Source: a virus (taxonomy: Duplodnaviria; Caudoviricetes). From it: a stretch of 39,836 nt of DNA. This document shows, piece after piece, positions 8,801-17,587 of this stretch. The stretch lies in the IMG/VR virus record IMGVR_UViG_3300048855_000212, positions 1 through 39,836 of that record, one strand, 5' to 3'. How positions within the stretch are numbered: position 1 is the stretch's first letter; each line of letters opens with the position of its first letter. The translations under genes and the position numbers were made by a program. The notes under the pieces were generated by a model. The model was not told the origin of the DNA. It saw nothing but the letters and a program-made list of their open reading frames with translations, and made no database searches.

Positions 8801-9605
8801 CGGTATAGGAACGTGCGACCGGGTCGTAGTTGCTTGGCACCTGCCACTTGCGACCCTTGCACTTGATGGTCACAGCGGGGATGTTGCTGAACTGTTCCGC
8901 ATCGAATTCGACGTACAGGAGCGCGGTATTCGGGTAACGCAGCTTTTCGTCGATCACGTCAGTCAGACCAGCGACGAGCATCGTATCGGCGATTTTGTTG
9001 GTGTTCTGGTTCGCTGTCAGACGGCGCACACGGATCTGCCAGCCAGAAGTCGCCGGCGGCAAATCAATACGGCGGGAGCGCTCGTACCGTGTCGTGGTCT
9101 TTCCGTCCACGGCCTCGGCCAGCACCTGTACATAAGCGCCGCCGTCGGTGGCCAGGTCTACAGCGTATTCGATACGGTACCCGCCGACATTGCCTTCATC
9201 ATCCTGCCGCTGGAGCGCCGGCCAAGCGAAGCGAACACGCACGGCCGATAGCTGGACGTTGGTGATCGAGCGAATCCACGGGCTGTCGCTGCGCAGCTCG
9301 ACGTTGATGGTGGTCTCGTTTTCTACCGACGGGATGCCGGGGATGTACTCCTGCTCAACGGATCCAGAGCGCCACTCCCACTTCACATTAGGGAAATTGA
9401 CGTTGCCGCTGGAGTCGTTGATCGGCGTGTTGTCCAGGAATATGTCGGCGGCCGTGGGCACTCCTTCAAACTCCCCCTCGCCCACCGCGATGAGGATCTT
9501 GGCCAAGTTGGTGGAACGCAGGCTATCGGTTGCCTCCGTCGGCGTTTTCGGGCTGCTGCTGCCGCCTTTGGCGCCCCGGATGTCCACTTGCTCAGCTGCG
9601 CCCAT
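5895..9605 (-). CDS. Host specificity / central tail fibre protein J
   Basis: About 1236 aa; 'GAKGGSS', 'AWTNNPAW', FN3-like repeats, coiled-coil region and 'ILMSADRFAL' C-terminus; GGAGG RBS before ATG 9605. Confidence 0.93.
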   Translation of the reverse strand: MGAAEQVDIRGAKGGSSSPKTPTEATDSLRSTNLAKILIAVGEGEFEGVPTAADIFLDNTPINDSSGNVNFPNVKWEWRSGSVEQEYIPGIPSVENETTINVELRSDSPWIRSITNVQLSAVRVRFAWPALQRQDDEGNVGGYRIEYAVDLATDGGAYVQVLAEAVDGKTTTRYERSRRIDLPPATSGWQIRVRRLTANQNTNKIADTMLVAGLTDVIDEKLRYPNTALLYVEFDAEQFSNIPAVTIKCKGRKWQVPSNYDPVARSYTGVWDGTFKQAWTNNPAWVTYGICTVDRFGLGKRIKPYMVDKWELYRIAQYCDQLVSDGIGGQEPRFLCDMNLQGKADAWTLLRDISAIYRGMTYWAQGQLVMQADMPRAQDFDYVFTRSNVIGGEINYGSASAKTRYTRAIVSYDNPANNYDTDVTAYSDLALQRRFDDRPTEISAIGCTRASEAQRRGKWVVMSNNQDRTVTFKTGMEGAIPLPGYIIPVADSLLAGREVGGRISAAAGRVVTLDRDTMAKAGDRLIVNLPSGQAQARTVQSVNGRAITVTTAYSQTPGPELQWALDADDLAIPLFRVLTTKRTTEGDYEISALQYEPGKFAYIDTGARLEERPISVIPLTVVPAPASVTLTSTTAIAQGLAVTTMTITWPAVNGAVGYDVEWRKDNGNWIKVQRTGANSVDIVGIYSGAYLARVRAVSAYDISSVWRSSILTQLNGKEGLPPAVTSLTASALIFGIHLKWTFPPGAEDTQRTEIWYGPTTDRAAATKLSDLAYPQSEHNMQGLRAGVTFFFWARLVDRSGNIGPWYPAGIGVMGQTSSEAGAILDMIAGQIGETELGKHLLDRIDLIDGNGPGSVNERIEEIKDEIGDLVDALVYVPTDAYVRDNTVRVGDNLWTAITDVPAKADGSNGPPNPTYWVNSGQSVRTANGLAAQVTKNTTDITTIDGKTTSTASQLQALQASSREDSGEGELADALKGWDSTASYAQEVKVRTEQDFAQAQRITTLDSRVGTTESKITIVETTVATNQQATAQQLTTLSAAVGSNQSAIQSEATARSDADGALSTRIDTAQATAGNASAAVQTVSQAQASTDGKLSAMYAVKLQVNSNGQYVMAGIGAGIENVGGVLQSQILMSADRFALVNTVAGGAISTPFVAQGGQLFLGPTFIQDGTITNAKIGSYISSTNYIAGQSGWILNKDGTFEINTPLGGGGRQVINGSGGKVFDQNGVKRYQWGNLDA

Positions 9606-9611
9606 GCTTTC

Positions 9612-9642
9612 CTCCAGGCATAAAAAAACCGCCAATCGGCGG
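9612..9642 (-). terminator. Terminator fused to the RBS of J
   Basis: Minus strand CCGCC-gatt-GGCGG-TTTTTTTATGCCTGGAG. Confidence 0.75.
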
Positions 9643-9661
9643 CCAGGTCTTCCAGTTCAAA

Positions 9662-10258
9662 TCAGGTCTTGTCTTCAGCGAGAATCGATGCAGAGATAAT
9701 CGCCCCACCCCACCGGCGTTCGCCGATGCAGATCGCAACAGGGTTGCCGCTGGCAGTCGTGTTCTTGGCACTGCCAAACGCGTACGAAGGCAGGTTGTCG
9801 GGGGAAGCGCTTTGCTTCAACCCAGAGGCCTGGGGGCTCAACATTTGGATAACACCGCCCGCGACCAAGCCAATACCTGCCGGCGCGAGGTAGGGTGCAG
9901 AAGCAGGGAAAACGGCCGAAATCACAAGCAACACGACCCCCAGCACCGTTTGCAGAACCCCTCCTCGCTTGCTGCCCCCGACCACTGGAACAATCCGGAT
10001 TTCTCTCGTTCCACCCAACTCGAAAGCAGACTCTCCAACGTTTCGGCCATTACGAAAGATGGCAAACCTCATGCCAAGCGCATCCAGTCGCTTCACCTCG
10101 CGGTCAAAGCCTTCCAGCGTGCAACTCAGGGACTTCAAAACTTCTCTAGTATTTCCAGAATCAATCTGCTTTGGATGATTTCTGCCGAATTTCAAAGCCA
10201 GCGAGCCGGACAGCTTAATATTCACCAACCCCGGACCGAGTAATGTGGGAGCGTGCAT
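9662..10258 (-). CDS. Tail assembly protein I
   Basis: 'IKLSGSLALKFGR', 'IRIVPVVGGSK' and 'SYAFG...NT...GNPV.ICIGERRWGGAIISA'; GAGG RBS before 10258. Confidence 0.9.
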   Translation of the reverse strand: MHAPTLLGPGLVNIKLSGSLALKFGRNHPKQIDSGNTREVLKSLSCTLEGFDREVKRLDALGMRFAIFRNGRNVGESAFELGGTREIRIVPVVGGSKRGGVLQTVLGVVLLVISAVFPASAPYLAPAGIGLVAGGVIQMLSPQASGLKQSASPDNLPSYAFGSAKNTTASGNPVAICIGERRWGGAIISASILAEDKT

Positions 10259-10272
10259 TTTCACCTCACATG

Positions 10273-10296
10273 AAAAAGCCGCCTCATGGCGGCTTT
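10273..10296 (-). terminator. Rho-independent terminator of the lipoprotein moron
   Basis: AAAGCCGCC-tcat-GGCGGCTTT with an A-run on the left (T-run on the minus strand). Confidence 0.8.
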
Positions 10297-10299
10297 GAG

Positions 10300-10641
10300 T
10301 TATCTGCATTTCTGCATTGAATCTCTAATGGCCGATCGGCCAAGTTGAGACCAGGCAACCCGCTGGTAAAGTTTGCCGACAGAGCCGTCACGCGCATTAG
10401 TGATGTCCAGAACCTCGTCCGTTTGTTGCCCGAAGCCGTTCACGAGCCGATAGCCGTTAGAAGTTTCGCTCATGACCGCGGCGGAGCTGTGTTCCTGCCA
10501 TTCTGGGAATATACATAAAGCATAGGCTTTTGCTGATTTTGACGTAGCTACGGTTAGATCAGCTGGCGAAGACATTAAGTCTGCCGGACTAGAACATCCA
10601 GCAAGCAGAGCAACTGCAAGCGCTCCAATTAAAATTCGCAT
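10300..10641 (-). CDS. Lipoprotein moron (possible superinfection exclusion)
   Basis: Lipobox 'LLAGC' after a hydrophobic signal; own extended -10 (TGCTAACCT) and terminator. Confidence 0.8.
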   Translation of the reverse strand: MRILIGALAVALLAGCSSPADLMSSPADLTVATSKSAKAYALCIFPEWQEHSSAAVMSETSNGYRLVNGFGQQTDEVLDITNARDGSVGKLYQRVAWSQLGRSAIRDSMQKCR

Positions 10642-10693
10642 GATGGTCCCCTCACTGGTTGAACGCCGAGGTTAGCATCCGCCCATCACATCC

Positions 10694-10718
10694 AAAAAGC
10701 CCAGCGAAAAGCTGGGCT
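10694..10718 (-). terminator. Rho-independent terminator
   Basis: AGCCCAGC-gaaaa-GCTGGGCT with a flanking A-run, downstream of the 10735 stop. Confidence 0.8.
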
Positions 10719-10734
10719 CGTTCAATCCGTACGG

Positions 10735-11181
10735 TCAGAACTCAATGGTAATTTTAACGTTTGCTTCTGTCACACCATAGGTCCAAGCCAAGCGAGGTAT
10801 TGCAGCTTTCGCAGTTAAGGTACCTGGCGTCGAATCGCGCATGTTTGACTTCTCTCCAATGGCGAACAAATTGCTCACGTTTAACGCGATAATCTTTCCA
10901 TGGTCAATGGCCACGCTGCGGACCAAGGAGGACACTTCTGTCCATGACTGCTCCAATACTGCAACTTCACCCACCGAAATTGTCACCTCCTTAGGGAAGG
11001 TTCCGCTCGGCATGGTGAAGCTGTCAACTTTAGCAATCCATACAGGTATGCCTCTGTTGGCGATGAGTACGAACCCAACCTCTAGAGGTTTGGGATCAGT
11101 TAAGCGCACTGTTACCCTCCGCTCCGAGCGTAAATCCCGAGATACTTCTTCGGTGTAGTCAATTACAAAAGTCTCTTCCAT
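10735..11181 (-). CDS. Hypothetical moron protein (148 aa, beta-rich)
   Basis: GGAG RBS before ATG 11181; own terminator. The longer 11691 start overlaps the opposite-strand gene. Confidence 0.65.
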   Translation of the reverse strand: MEETFVIDYTEEVSRDLRSERRVTVRLTDPKPLEVGFVLIANRGIPVWIAKVDSFTMPSGTFPKEVTISVGEVAVLEQSWTEVSSLVRSVAIDHGKIIALNVSNLFAIGEKSNMRDSTPGTLTAKAAIPRLAWTYGVTEANVKITIEF

Positions 11182-11275
11182 TTTTTTAACTCCAGTTAGC
11201 GCAGGCCAGTGGTTCTTCTCTGGGCAGCCCAAATCCCCGCTTGATGATAACCATACGCCATAATCAATCTCTATC

Positions 11276-11309
11276 CTGTGTACCCATCCAGCGCTGGACA
11301 AACGCTCAG
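11276..11309. promoter_or_regulatory. Tandem LexA/SOS-box-like sites (CTG-N10-CAG x2)
   Basis: CTGTGTACCCATCCAG (11276-11291) and CTGGACAAACGCTCAG (11294-11309) in a divergent intergenic region. Confidence 0.55.
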
Positions 11310-11368
11310 TAACCGAATTGGATCCAGCCGTAGTAGCTTTGCGTACTCCGACGTCCGAGGTGTAACGA

Positions 11369-11956
11369 ATGGACCCATTAACTGCTGCAGGGACCTTGGC
11401 CACCCTGGTCGGCCTGCTCGGACAGTACAAGTCGAGTCGCGACGCAGAGGCTGGGAAAGACTTTGAAGGTTTCATGTCTTGGCTGATGCAGTCGGGGCAA
11501 GACGATCTAAAATTGGCTATCGAAGCCAGCCACGCTACATCGATCAGCATTAAAGCGCTGCTAAACGTCCACCGATCCGACTTCATCGAAAGGCTTGAGC
11601 GGATTGAGTCTGCGCTAGCGGGATATGCCAGCTCAGTCGACGGCTTCGAGCCCCTGGCCGCAAACACAAAACCGGATTCGTCGCTGTCCAAACAGGCTTT
11701 GGACCTGCTAAGTTTTTATGAGTCAAGCTCCTCAGGCGCGATTTTAGAACACCAAGACTTTGATGGAACGACATTCCACTCTCTTGATGGTAAAGGTGGA
11801 TGGTTGGCGAGTGAACAAAGATTTATTGAAGACGATTTGAACTTGCTGCTGAATCTTGGGCTTTTAAAATTGACCCATAATGGCAGCGGTGCCCGGATAT
11901 TCCACTTCACCCGGCGCGCCGCCGACTTGCTAAAAGAAAAGCCTAGCCCCGATTAG
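11369..11956 (+). CDS. Hypothetical moron protein (195 aa), possible C-terminal winged helix
   Basis: GAGG RBS before ATG; opposite orientation to the late operon; 'DDLNLLLNLGLL...IFHFTRRA' C-terminus. Confidence 0.75.
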   Translation: MDPLTAAGTLATLVGLLGQYKSSRDAEAGKDFEGFMSWLMQSGQDDLKLAIEASHATSISIKALLNVHRSDFIERLERIESALAGYASSVDGFEPLAANTKPDSSLSKQALDLLSFYESSSSGAILEHQDFDGTTFHSLDGKGGWLASEQRFIEDDLNLLLNLGLLKLTHNGSGARIFHFTRRAADLLKEKPSPD

Positions 11957-12033
11957 TAGACACCAGCATAACTTAACCCTGGTCCGCTGCCTGTAGACCA
12001 ATGGACCGGGGCAATATGACCTAGGAGGTTAGC

Positions 12034-12246
12034 GTGAGCGACAATGAATACGCACAGAGCAAGAAAGACTGGATATACACTTGGGGCGTAGTGCGCGACG
12101 AGCCCAAGACAATGGTTGGAGCGTTCCGTACAAAGGCTGAGGCTGAGGCCAGAGCACGGACAATGGGCGAAGGTTACAAAGCCAGCTACATCTTCCACCT
12201 GCCGGGCACCGACGAATTCATCATCGAAGACGAGCCAAAAGCATAA
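12034..12246 (+). CDS. Small hypothetical moron protein
   Basis: AGGAGG RBS before GTG 12034. Confidence 0.7.
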   Translation: MSDNEYAQSKKDWIYTWGVVRDEPKTMVGAFRTKAEAEARARTMGEGYKASYIFHLPGTDEFIIEDEPKA

Positions 12247-12255
12247 GTTGCTAGG

Positions 12256-12492
12256 TCAGGTTGCTTCAAAGGTGATCTGACCAATGCCAGTCAAAAGCTC
12301 TGCTCTCAGCCCCGCCTTGCCCTCGTACTCCCGGCGATAAACGCTGTTACCGGGCCCAACCTTGCCAATCAGGCTAACTCGATCGACCTCAGTGGCCCCA
12401 TCGAGAATAGCGACTTCTGCTTTGCATCCCGATACAACGCCGTCTTTGTTTGTGAACAGGTTTTGCATCGTCAGCACGTAACGTTGCTGCAT
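12256..12492 (-). CDS. Small hypothetical protein
   Basis: AGGAG RBS before ATG; directly downstream of K. Confidence 0.65.
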   Translation of the reverse strand: MQQRYVLTMQNLFTNKDGVVSGCKAEVAILDGATEVDRVSLIGKVGPGNSVYRREYEGKAGLRAELLTGIGQITFEAT

Positions 12493-12526
12493 GTCGCTCT
12501 CCTGCGGCTCCGCCGCGCCATATTGG

Positions 12527-13282
12527 TTATCTTGCGTCTTTGTGCCTGAGGATCAGGCGCGTTCTGTCGTGCCAAGGGCCGCCGAAAATGATGATCTCGG
12601 ACGGCCTGCCGTACATGTGATGGAGCAGAAACGGCCCGGCGCCGTGCACAGCAGTCAACTCGCCTGGCAACGCTGGATCTGAGCCTAGGTAAATTCCGGC
12701 ATGGTTCGGGTGCTTCGTGCGCCCTACTTCCATGACAATCATGTCGCCGCGCTGCGGTGTGCCGACACGCTCGAACCCGGCCGACTCGTAGGCCTCCTCG
12801 TATAGGCTCGGGCCATCGCCCCGTTCCCACCAACCGTCCTCACGCTTGAAGGCTTCGAACTCCAGCCCCCACTCGCGCTTGTACCAATCAGCGCAGACCT
12901 GCCAGCAGTCCCAGGCGCCGTGCACGAAGGGTCGACCCAGCAACGGCGTATTGCCGGTAGGAACAATTGTTCGCAGATCACCTTCCGGCCAACTGAGAAT
13001 GTACCAGGGCAATTCCGTCGCTTCGCACATCGCCTGATCGCGCGGAGACGGCCTGCTCGTAGCGTCCGGGTGCGAGTGGACGATGCCGATCACTTCGCCT
13101 AGGTCCTCAGCGGCGGCGTAATCTTCCGGAGCGATCCGGAACTCTTCGCCGGGATCGGCTGCGGTGTTCGCGCACGGGATGTACTGCTGCTTGCGGCCAG
13201 TTCTTATAAGCAGTCCGCAACACTCGCGCGGGTAATCGGCGCCGGCGTGCGCCCGAACCGCCTTGAGAATATGTTTCAGCAT
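12527..13282 (-). CDS. Tail tip assembly protein K (JAB + NlpC/P60)
   Basis: 'YPRECCG', 'HSHP', 'DCWQVCADWY' and 'NHAGIYLG'. Confidence 0.93.
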   Translation of the reverse strand: MLKHILKAVRAHAGADYPRECCGLLIRTGRKQQYIPCANTAADPGEEFRIAPEDYAAAEDLGEVIGIVHSHPDATSRPSPRDQAMCEATELPWYILSWPEGDLRTIVPTGNTPLLGRPFVHGAWDCWQVCADWYKREWGLEFEAFKREDGWWERGDGPSLYEEAYESAGFERVGTPQRGDMIVMEVGRTKHPNHAGIYLGSDPALPGELTAVHGAGPFLLHHMYGRPSEIIIFGGPWHDRTRLILRHKDAR

Positions 13283-13284
13283 GG

Positions 13285-14034
13285 TCAGCTCCTCGCGATC
13301 AGAGAAACGGCAGGGAAGCCGCCAAAGGGCAGCGAGTTGCCGTCACCGAAGCGAGGAACACAACCGCGCCCCAGAGTCGCATCGCACTCGTCCTTCTCCG
13401 GGTCGTCGGTGAGATTCCCGTCCTTGTCCCGGTACGGCCCGGTGTAATTGCAATTGGGCCCGCGGTAACCGCCGGTAAGGCACCAATGACACAGCGTCGT
13501 CATCTGCCGTCCGATGGATTCACCGCCGACGTCGCCCGGGCTCGCCAACTCCCACGACACGCTCGAGCCGTTTTCAGATGTCTTTTGGTCGAGATACCAG
13601 ACTTCGATCGTCTCCTGCGAGGGGTCAGCATCCGAGTTCCCTCCCGGAAAGTTCTCCCCATCGAGATACGTGCCCAGCGTGTGCCGCATCGTCAGCTTGA
13701 ACTCCAGCAAATCTTCGAAGGCCAGGCACAACGCGGTGATCCGGCCGTTGACGTTGCCCACCGAAAGGGTCGGCCGCACTGCCGTGCCGTCGCCGGTAGC
13801 TTCGATGCCGTCGATCTGCATCGGCCAGGCGCCGTACTCCTGCCCCTGCCACCAGATCGCCTTGGCTGGCAACTGGTCGGCATCGGCGCCGGCGGCTATC
13901 AATTCCGCTGCGGTGTAGGGAATGGCGTGTCCGTGGAACCGCAACACATCCGCGCCGTAATCAGACCCATCCAATTCAAACAGCAGCACTTCACTCCCAG
14001 GCTCGAGCACCTGGATGTCTTTGATCAGCGGCAT
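13285..14034 (-). CDS. Minor tail protein L
   Basis: Cys motif 'LCHW...YRGPNCNY...DEC......C..RF' and 'PFGGFP' end. Confidence 0.93.
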   Translation of the reverse strand: MPLIKDIQVLEPGSEVLLFELDGSDYGADVLRFHGHAIPYTAAELIAAGADADQLPAKAIWWQGQEYGAWPMQIDGIEATGDGTAVRPTLSVGNVNGRITALCLAFEDLLEFKLTMRHTLGTYLDGENFPGGNSDADPSQETIEVWYLDQKTSENGSSVSWELASPGDVGGESIGRQMTTLCHWCLTGGYRGPNCNYTGPYRDKDGNLTDDPEKDECDATLGRGCVPRFGDGNSLPFGGFPAVSLIARS

Positions 14035-14041
14035 GTTTTAC

Positions 14042-14380
14042 CTATGGGATGAATGACTGGGTGAACGTGGTCGTCAGGGTGTAAAATCCTGCGCCATTCG
14101 GCGAGACAGTAGGGGCTGACGCCCGGTAGAAACTCATCTCGCCGAGTGGTGGCGTCCAAAAGAACGACTTGAACCCGGCGTGCCGATCAAGAAACGCTTT
14201 GATCTCAAGCGCCACGGCCTCGCGCACAACGAATGTCAAAGGCCATACGTCGACTTTGTTGTTAGGCCCATCTCCCACCACCTGCTCGTATCCGTTGCCG
14301 AATTTGCTGGAGCGGGTCCGGTACTCGGGTGTGCTGGTCGTCTCCAGCTTCGGACACCAGGTGAATGTCTCAACGGCCAT
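14042..14380 (-). CDS. Minor tail protein M
   Basis: 'ETFTWCP', 'FGNGYEQ' and '[15 protein letters not shown]'. Confidence 0.9.
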   Translation of the reverse strand: MAVETFTWCPKLETTSTPEYRTRSSKFGNGYEQVVGDGPNNKVDVWPLTFVVREAVALEIKAFLDRHAGFKSFFWTPPLGEMSFYRASAPTVSPNGAGFYTLTTTFTQSFIP

Positions 14381-17279
14381 TGATGACCCTCCAAATTGCG
14401 CCGCCTGGGCGAAGCTCTTCAACGATCGCCTGCTGCGCGCCGCGCTTGGCGGTATCGGCGTAAGCCTGCCCGACCGCCTGCATATCCTTCGCCGACGAGT
14501 CGTTTGCCGCGCTGGGCACTGTGAAGTTTTGCTGAATGACGACCGAGCCGCCGGCAGACGACGCGCCAGTGGCCGCTGAGGCCCCAGACGCCAACCCTAC
14601 GTAGCCACCATCGGCATAACCGGGCTTCCCGGACTTGTTCAACCGCTCAAGGTACTCACGCATACCCGGCTGCTGCACCACTTCCTTGCGAATCACCACC
14701 TCGCCGCCATGAACGACGCCCATCGGCTCGTACTTGCCGCCGTCGCCGGTATAGCCGCCGTCCCAGTGATTAGCGGAAAGCCAGCTTTGATAAGCGGCGC
14801 CGGTATAGCCAGCTTGAGTCGAACCAGAGGAGCCGCCACCGAAGTACGTGGTAGCTGCGGTTGTGGCCAGACCGAGAAGCGCACTGGCCCCTGAAGAAAC
14901 CGCCTGCCGGGCCGCAATACGAGCCAAGTCAGCAAGAACTGATTTGGCGAAATCGGCAATAGACGCCTTGCCCGTCATGGCGAAGTTCACCACCGAGTCT
15001 TCAAGACCGCTGAATACGCCGGTAAACAGGCTCTTTGTTTGGCCGGCAACGTCCTTGGCGCTTTGCAGGTAGTCCTGGTACGCGGACGAGGCCCCCACCG
15101 TCCAGTCGCTCTGGGCCTTGTCGACGTCGACGTAATACTGCCGCTGCATCGCCAGGCGCTGGTCAAGCGCGCTTTTCAGCGTGGCCGTCTCTTTGTCATA
15201 GAGGTCGGTGCTGAACTGGTCCTTGTTGCTCTTGTTGTAGTCGGACGTCAGCTTGTCCATCTGCGACTGGTAGGACTGCTGGATGTTGCGCTGTTCCTGG
15301 AGCCGCTGCTTCTGCACGTCGCCCAGGCCTGCGCCGGCGAGATTGTTGTCCAGCCCCTGCTGCGCGCTTGCGAGCTGACTTTTCTGATTCTCATCGAAGG
15401 CGGCAAGCTTGCGGCGGGTTTCGTAACCCTTCTCAGCAAGAGCGTTCTCCGCCTCGAGAGCAGCGTTTCGCTTGAGCTGGGCGGTGTAGAGATCAGAGCT
15501 GGCCAGCAGGGATTTCTGATCTGCCGTCAGCGTCTGCTTGTTCTTGATGTCGGCGAGCTGCTGTTCCCACTCGACCAATTTCTTCGCGTTCGCGCCGAGG
15601 GTTTGGCTGGCGGCGTTCTGATCACCGATAAGCGCGCCCTGCTGCTGAAGCGCTGCGTATTGCTGCCGTGCGGCGTCCAGCGCCTTGGTGCCGGCGTCCT
15701 CGCGGTACTGGGGTGTTTTGGCTTTCGCGGGGTCTTTGTACTTGTCGTTAATCGCGGCGATGTCCTTCGCCTGCTGATCTGACGAAAGCAACAGCGAGTT
15801 ATCGCCTGTCTTGCGTGCCTGGATGATCCGGCGCTCTACCAGGAGCCGGTAATCGGCGAGCTCCCGGGCGCGCTTATCAGCGTTGCTCTCCGTGTCCTTG
15901 CGAAGTTTGTCCAGCTTGAGCTGATCGTCTAGCGCCTGCTGCTGTTGTTGCTGCGCAAAGCCCTTTGCCGCGGCCCGACGATCCTCTTCAGCTTTCTGGA
16001 CAAGCTTGTCAGTTTTGTCTCGCTCGATCGCTTCCTTGCGGAACGAGTCATCCGGCGTCAGGTTGCTCATCGGGTCGACGAGCTGGCCCTTGGCGTTGCG
16101 CTGGTTGCGTTTCGCAGCGTTTGCCGCGATTGCGTCGAGCTGCTCGTCCAGTTTCTTGATCTGCTGGTCGAGCGTGTCCTCCCGGCCGACATTGAGCGCT
16201 GCATCCCATGCCAGTTTGGCGGCGGACATCACGCCAGCCCATGCGGACTCAAGGGTCCCGAGGTTATTCTTGATGGACGTCGAGGTCCGGTTCAGCCCAT
16301 CCTCATAGGCCGCTGTTGCCACCGCCGCGGCATCCTGAGTTTTACCCTGCTCCTGCAGCGACCTGATGTTCTCGTAGGTCGTCGCCGTCAGGAAATTCAT
16401 CGACTCGTTGAGCTTCAGAATTTCCGCAACCGGGTCCTTGGCGATGCGCTCGAAGTTCTTGACCGTCTCGTCAGCCGCGACACCCGTGGCCGACTGGAAC
16501 TTGATCGCGGCTTGCGCAATCGCCTCGAATGCCGTTACCGGAATCCGCGTAGAGCTGGCCAACTGCGCCAGAACTTCTGCAGCCTTCCCGACTGTGCCGC
16601 CCGACTGAGCGACTTGACGCGCCATGTCGGCCAGGCCGTTTGCGCTCGCGCCGGCTGTGTTGCCCGTCATCGCGAGTGCCGCGTTATAGGCCGTCGCCTC
16701 CTCGCTGCCCTGCTTGTAGGCCAGCGCCAGCACCGCGGCCGCAGCAGCGGCGACGGTAAAGGGGTTGATCAGCCCCATCACGTAGCCCGACAACGCCTTG
16801 GCTGCTGGTCCGATGCCGCCGAACATGTCTTTGAGCTGACCGCCCTGCTGCAGGAGGACCGTCAGCGGGGCCTGACCACCTTGCAGCGACACAGCGATAT
16901 CGGTGAACTGAGCTGGCACGCCGCGCAGCGCAGCGTTGTACGCTTTGGCCGACATCGTGCCCTTGGTCATGACCGCGTCGGTCTTCCCGATGGCGTCGCG
17001 CTGGTCGTTGAGCTTTTTCAGGTAATCATCGAAATCGCCCTTGTCCAGGCGACCGGCCGCGCGGTGCTTGCGCAACTGGTCTTCCATCTTGTCGAGCCGG
17101 CCATAAGCCGCGACGACCGGGTCGATCTGGCCGACCAGCTTGTCGAGCTGGCCAGCCTGATAGGCCGCTTCCTTGGTCGCCGACTTGAGCGCGCGCTGCG
17201 CACGGTCCATCCCCTTTTCGAAGCCGCCGGTGTTCGCCACCAGGTCGACCGTCAATTGGCCGAGCGAATCAACAGCCAT
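14370..17279 (-). CDS. Tape measure protein
   Basis: 969-aa Ala/Gln-rich helical protein with '[32 protein letters not shown]' and '[19 protein letters not shown]'. Confidence 0.93.
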   Translation of the reverse strand: MAVDSLGQLTVDLVANTGGFEKGMDRAQRALKSATKEAAYQAGQLDKLVGQIDPVVAAYGRLDKMEDQLRKHRAAGRLDKGDFDDYLKKLNDQRDAIGKTDAVMTKGTMSAKAYNAALRGVPAQFTDIAVSLQGGQAPLTVLLQQGGQLKDMFGGIGPAAKALSGYVMGLINPFTVAAAAAAVLALAYKQGSEEATAYNAALAMTGNTAGASANGLADMARQVAQSGGTVGKAAEVLAQLASSTRIPVTAFEAIAQAAIKFQSATGVAADETVKNFERIAKDPVAEILKLNESMNFLTATTYENIRSLQEQGKTQDAAAVATAAYEDGLNRTSTSIKNNLGTLESAWAGVMSAAKLAWDAALNVGREDTLDQQIKKLDEQLDAIAANAAKRNQRNAKGQLVDPMSNLTPDDSFRKEAIERDKTDKLVQKAEEDRRAAAKGFAQQQQQQALDDQLKLDKLRKDTESNADKRARELADYRLLVERRIIQARKTGDNSLLLSSDQQAKDIAAINDKYKDPAKAKTPQYREDAGTKALDAARQQYAALQQQGALIGDQNAASQTLGANAKKLVEWEQQLADIKNKQTLTADQKSLLASSDLYTAQLKRNAALEAENALAEKGYETRRKLAAFDENQKSQLASAQQGLDNNLAGAGLGDVQKQRLQEQRNIQQSYQSQMDKLTSDYNKSNKDQFSTDLYDKETATLKSALDQRLAMQRQYYVDVDKAQSDWTVGASSAYQDYLQSAKDVAGQTKSLFTGVFSGLEDSVVNFAMTGKASIADFAKSVLADLARIAARQAVSSGASALLGLATTAATTYFGGGSSGSTQAGYTGAAYQSWLSANHWDGGYTGDGGKYEPMGVVHGGEVVIRKEVVQQPGMREYLERLNKSGKPGYADGGYVGLASGASAATGASSAGGSVVIQQNFTVPSAANDSSAKDMQAVGQAYADTAKRGAQQAIVEELRPGGAIWRVINGR

Positions 17280-17282
17280 AAA

Positions 17283-17587
17283 TCACCCCTTCACGCGCTG
17301 CAGCAGCGCCAACAGATCCTGCGGCGTGGCTTCTTTTGATGGAGCTTGGAAGCCGCGATCCGGCATGAAGTCGGAGAACTTGGCTTTGCCGCCCATGGCA
17401 TTGTTGAACACGGTGGCAAGCAGCGCGAAACCTTCATCGAGACGAAGGCCCAGATTCAGCGAGCCGGTTTGAAGCCGGTACCGCATCCAGTCCATCGCCT
17501 CGACGTAGGTCATTCTTTGCTTTGCTTCGGCGATCGTCGTCCCGAGGACGATCGCGAGCTCGTGCCAGAGCTCTTCCTCGGGTTGGA
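17283..17587 (-). CDS. Tail assembly chaperone T, C-terminal part of a G-T -1 frameshift fusion
   Basis: The -1 frame after the A8 run reads IQPEEELWHELAIVLGTTIAEAKQRMTY... and continues into ORF 17283..17513. Confidence 0.8.

Noticed and set aside
3830-9605. Diversity-generating retroelement or shufflon acting on tail fibres
   Set aside because: No reverse transcriptase, invertase or duplicated fibre C-terminus seen, although by-eye detection of a TR/VR pair is limited.
11182-11691. N-terminal extension of the 318-aa ORF 10735..11691
   Set aside because: Overlaps the RBS-supported plus-strand gene at 11369; a good RBS supports the 11181 start.
15945-17339. 464-aa plus-strand ORF
   Set aside because: Antisense shadow of the GC-rich tape measure gene; no recognisable motifs.
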